64,000 nt of DNA. It comes from Narcine bancroftii. Lineage: Eukaryota. Positions 61,701-64,000 of this stretch are shown here, piece after piece. Position 1 is the stretch's first letter. Each line of letters begins with the position of its first letter. The stretch lies in contig NC_091476.1 of the NCBI RefSeq assembly GCF_036971445.1, positions 27,280,001-27,344,000 of the forward strand. Direction: 5' to 3'. The translations under genes were made by a program, and so were the position numbers. The notes under the pieces are model-generated. The model was given only the letters and a program-made list of their open reading frames with translations. It did no database searches and had not been told where the DNA came from.

Positions 61701-63489
61701 CAGATTGATGTGCAAAAGAAAAACAGAAGACTTTGAAAATAATCAGCTGGCAATGTAGCATCTGCAGAGACTGAAGCAAAGTTAATGTTTCAAATAGATG
61801 GATCATCGTCAGACATTTCTCGGTCAGATTGATGTTAGGAGTGTTTAAGTTAATGATACAGTTTTATGGTATTCATATTATAATGTTCAACATACAATTA
61901 CAATATTACTTTTAAAAAACAGAATATTGAAAATGATGCTTCACTGCACAGAATGATAGAATTGGGTATGCAGTTATTCATTTTGGTGGGGAGAATTAGA
62001 AAGCAACTTCTGAAGTAGAACATAAAATTTAATTAGGGAGAAATAATGGTAAATTTGTTTATTTGTTGAAATTAGTTTGTGTGTCCTTATTTCTACATTG
62101 CCAGTCTATCAATAAAATAATCATTACTCCTCTAAAACAAATATTCTAAAATCTACATGACATTTCTTTAACAAAAAAAAAGCTCTAAAGAGTGCTTAAA
62201 ATGAATTTATGGTTCGTCAGACTACTGGCTGGAATGTTGATTTCCTTCTTCGATTCATCCTTTGCCATCAATGTGTGGCAATTGATGTAGCAGATATTTA
62301 TGATTTAATCATGTGGGTCAGAATGTATGAAGGGTAAAAGAAACATTCTGCGTTGGCATTTACAATTCCAATAAAGATTCTACATTTTCAGAAAAAAAGC
62401 AACCTAAATCATTCCAAATATCAAATGGACATTTTCCTCTCTCTCTTGCACTATTTGAGCTTCACCCCACCCTACTTCAAATGATCAAATGTTAAAAAAA
62501 TCCTTTTCATTAAAACTCAAATTCCCATACATTAAAAATTAGCATGGGAATACTATAAAATTGAGAATATCTTAATTTCATAGAAATCTGATACAATTAA
62601 AATCTGCATGCATTGAGATTCAAATAACTTTTTAATTTAAAAAATACTGTAATTTATACCAATTCTTAACTCCCAAATTGTAAAGTCTTCCTGCACTGAA
62701 AAATCTTTGTAGGCACCATAGAAAAATGTACCAAATGTATAAATAATAAACACTCAAATAGGATTGCTAAAAATGATTATTTCACTTTTAATATACTTTG
62801 TCAGCAAGGAACAGAATACTGCAGATACTGGAAATAGGAAATAAAACACAAAAGAAAACCACTAGAATTGTTCAACATGACAGGCAAGATCTGTGGTCAG
62901 GAAAAAAGAGCAAACATTTCAAGTCAACAATCTTTATCTCTGTTTCTCTGTCCATGGGTGAATTCAGTATTTCCATTATATTTCTATATACAGCCTAATT
63001 TGATAAAGGAAATACAAGTTTGCCATAACTTACAGTGCATCTATTGAAAACAATATTAGTTTGATTCATTTAATACTGCCAGTCATTAATCCACCACAGT
63101 GATCTCAATGTCCAACTCTCCAATCTTATTTCCCATCCAGTAAAACTCTACCTATGTAATCTTATTTTAACAAGCACTAAACTCCCTTTTCCAATTCTCT
63201 CAAGCCAACATTATGACTTATTTTTATCTGTCACCACTATGTTTACTGTTCAGGCAGCCTTATTTAAAAGCTTTTTCAAATATAAAGTGTAAACCGAGAT
63301 ACAAAAGTGTGGATAGTGAACAGAGGAAATGTTGGGGCTGACATGCAATGTTCTGACAGTTGTTCACGTCAGATAAAGTTCCAGATCTCATTTCATCAGC
63401 TGATTCTTCTTCTCATTTGCATGACGTACATTACCATCCAGGGAAAGTTCTGTGGGATTTTTTTTTATTGAAGAAAGTATTCAGACTTA

Positions 63490-63730
63490 AGAGCTGGGGT
63501 CGGGACAGCAGGGGAATCTGGGGCCGGGACAATGGGGGAAACTGGGGCTGGGACAACAGGGGACTAAATTCAAGAGCTGGGGTCAAGACAGTGGGGGAAA
63601 CCCTGGCTGGGACAGTGGGCAGCCAAACTAAAGAGCTGGGTCTGGGGACAGCCAGGGAAATCGGGGCCGGGACAGCTGGGGACTCAACTCAAGAGCCCGG
63701 ACTGGAAAAATCAGGAAAACTGGGGCTGGG
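63490..63730 (+). repeat. Degenerate G-rich minisatellite (about 24-31 bp unit, CTGGGGCTGGGACAGTGGGGGAAA-like)
   Basis: About nine imperfect copies with GGG/GGGG runs, directly abutting the POLR3F fragment. Confidence 0.8.
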
Positions 63731-64000
63731 ATTTGTGGAAGTGTTGAACCAACAGTGCTTCAAGTTCTTACAAAATGAGACTGAGGTGGCAGGGGAGAAT
63801 AAACAAAGTCCCTATGGAGCAAAGGAACAGTTCATATGCTTCATCTCGTGAAGTGTAGAAATACATCTGTGAAGTGGGAATCAGCAAGGTGGAATGGTCA
63901 ATGGAAGATATAGAAACCATTCTGAATACATTGATATACGATGGGAAGGTAGAGATGACTATTATAGCTGGAAAGGAAGGCACTGTTGGTAGGGTGGATG
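63731..64000 (+). pseudogene. POLR3F: 5'-truncated processed pseudogene of RNA polymerase III subunit RPC6 (runs off the window)
   Basis: FVEVLNQQCFKFLQNETEVAGENKQSP, a +1 frameshift near 63811, then MEQRNSSYASSREV*KYICEVGISKVEWSMEDIETILNTLIYDGKVEMTIIAGKEGTVGRVD. TAG at 63856-63858 replaces a conserved Trp. No introns over 270 nt. Confidence 0.9.

Noticed and set aside
63731-64000. Functional POLR3F gene
   Set aside because: It has a frameshift, an in-frame TAG, a 5' truncation and no introns.

Overview
Vertebrate genomic DNA, AT-rich and dense in transposable elements. The repeat mix (CR1, Rex-Babar, L1, RTE, Gypsy, hAT and pogo-type MITEs) suggests a cartilaginous fish, but that is inference. 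Three complete spliced genes were assembled by hand from splice sites and reading frames: BRCC3 (minus strand, 8 coding exons, 261 aa, with a U12-type AT-AC intron), CMC4 (plus strand, head-to-head with BRCC3 at a CpG island, 59 aa) and FUNDC2 (minus strand, 5 exons, 152 aa). This is the gene order of human Xq28, but no MTCP1 ORF and no F8 exon could be recognised. The window ends in a disabled, intronless POLR3F retrocopy fused to a G-rich minisatellite. The most unusual signals are a Gypsy provirus whose primer-binding site pairs with its own LTR, an RTE LINE inserted with a twin-priming 5' inversion, a hAT MITE carrying a foreign CpG-rich cargo, a templated insertion flanked by direct repeats, and a candidate unannotated spliced small-ORF gene at 52-54.4 kb. 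All coordinates were read by eye. No database searches were run, and repeat boundaries without target-site duplications (TSDs) are approximate.
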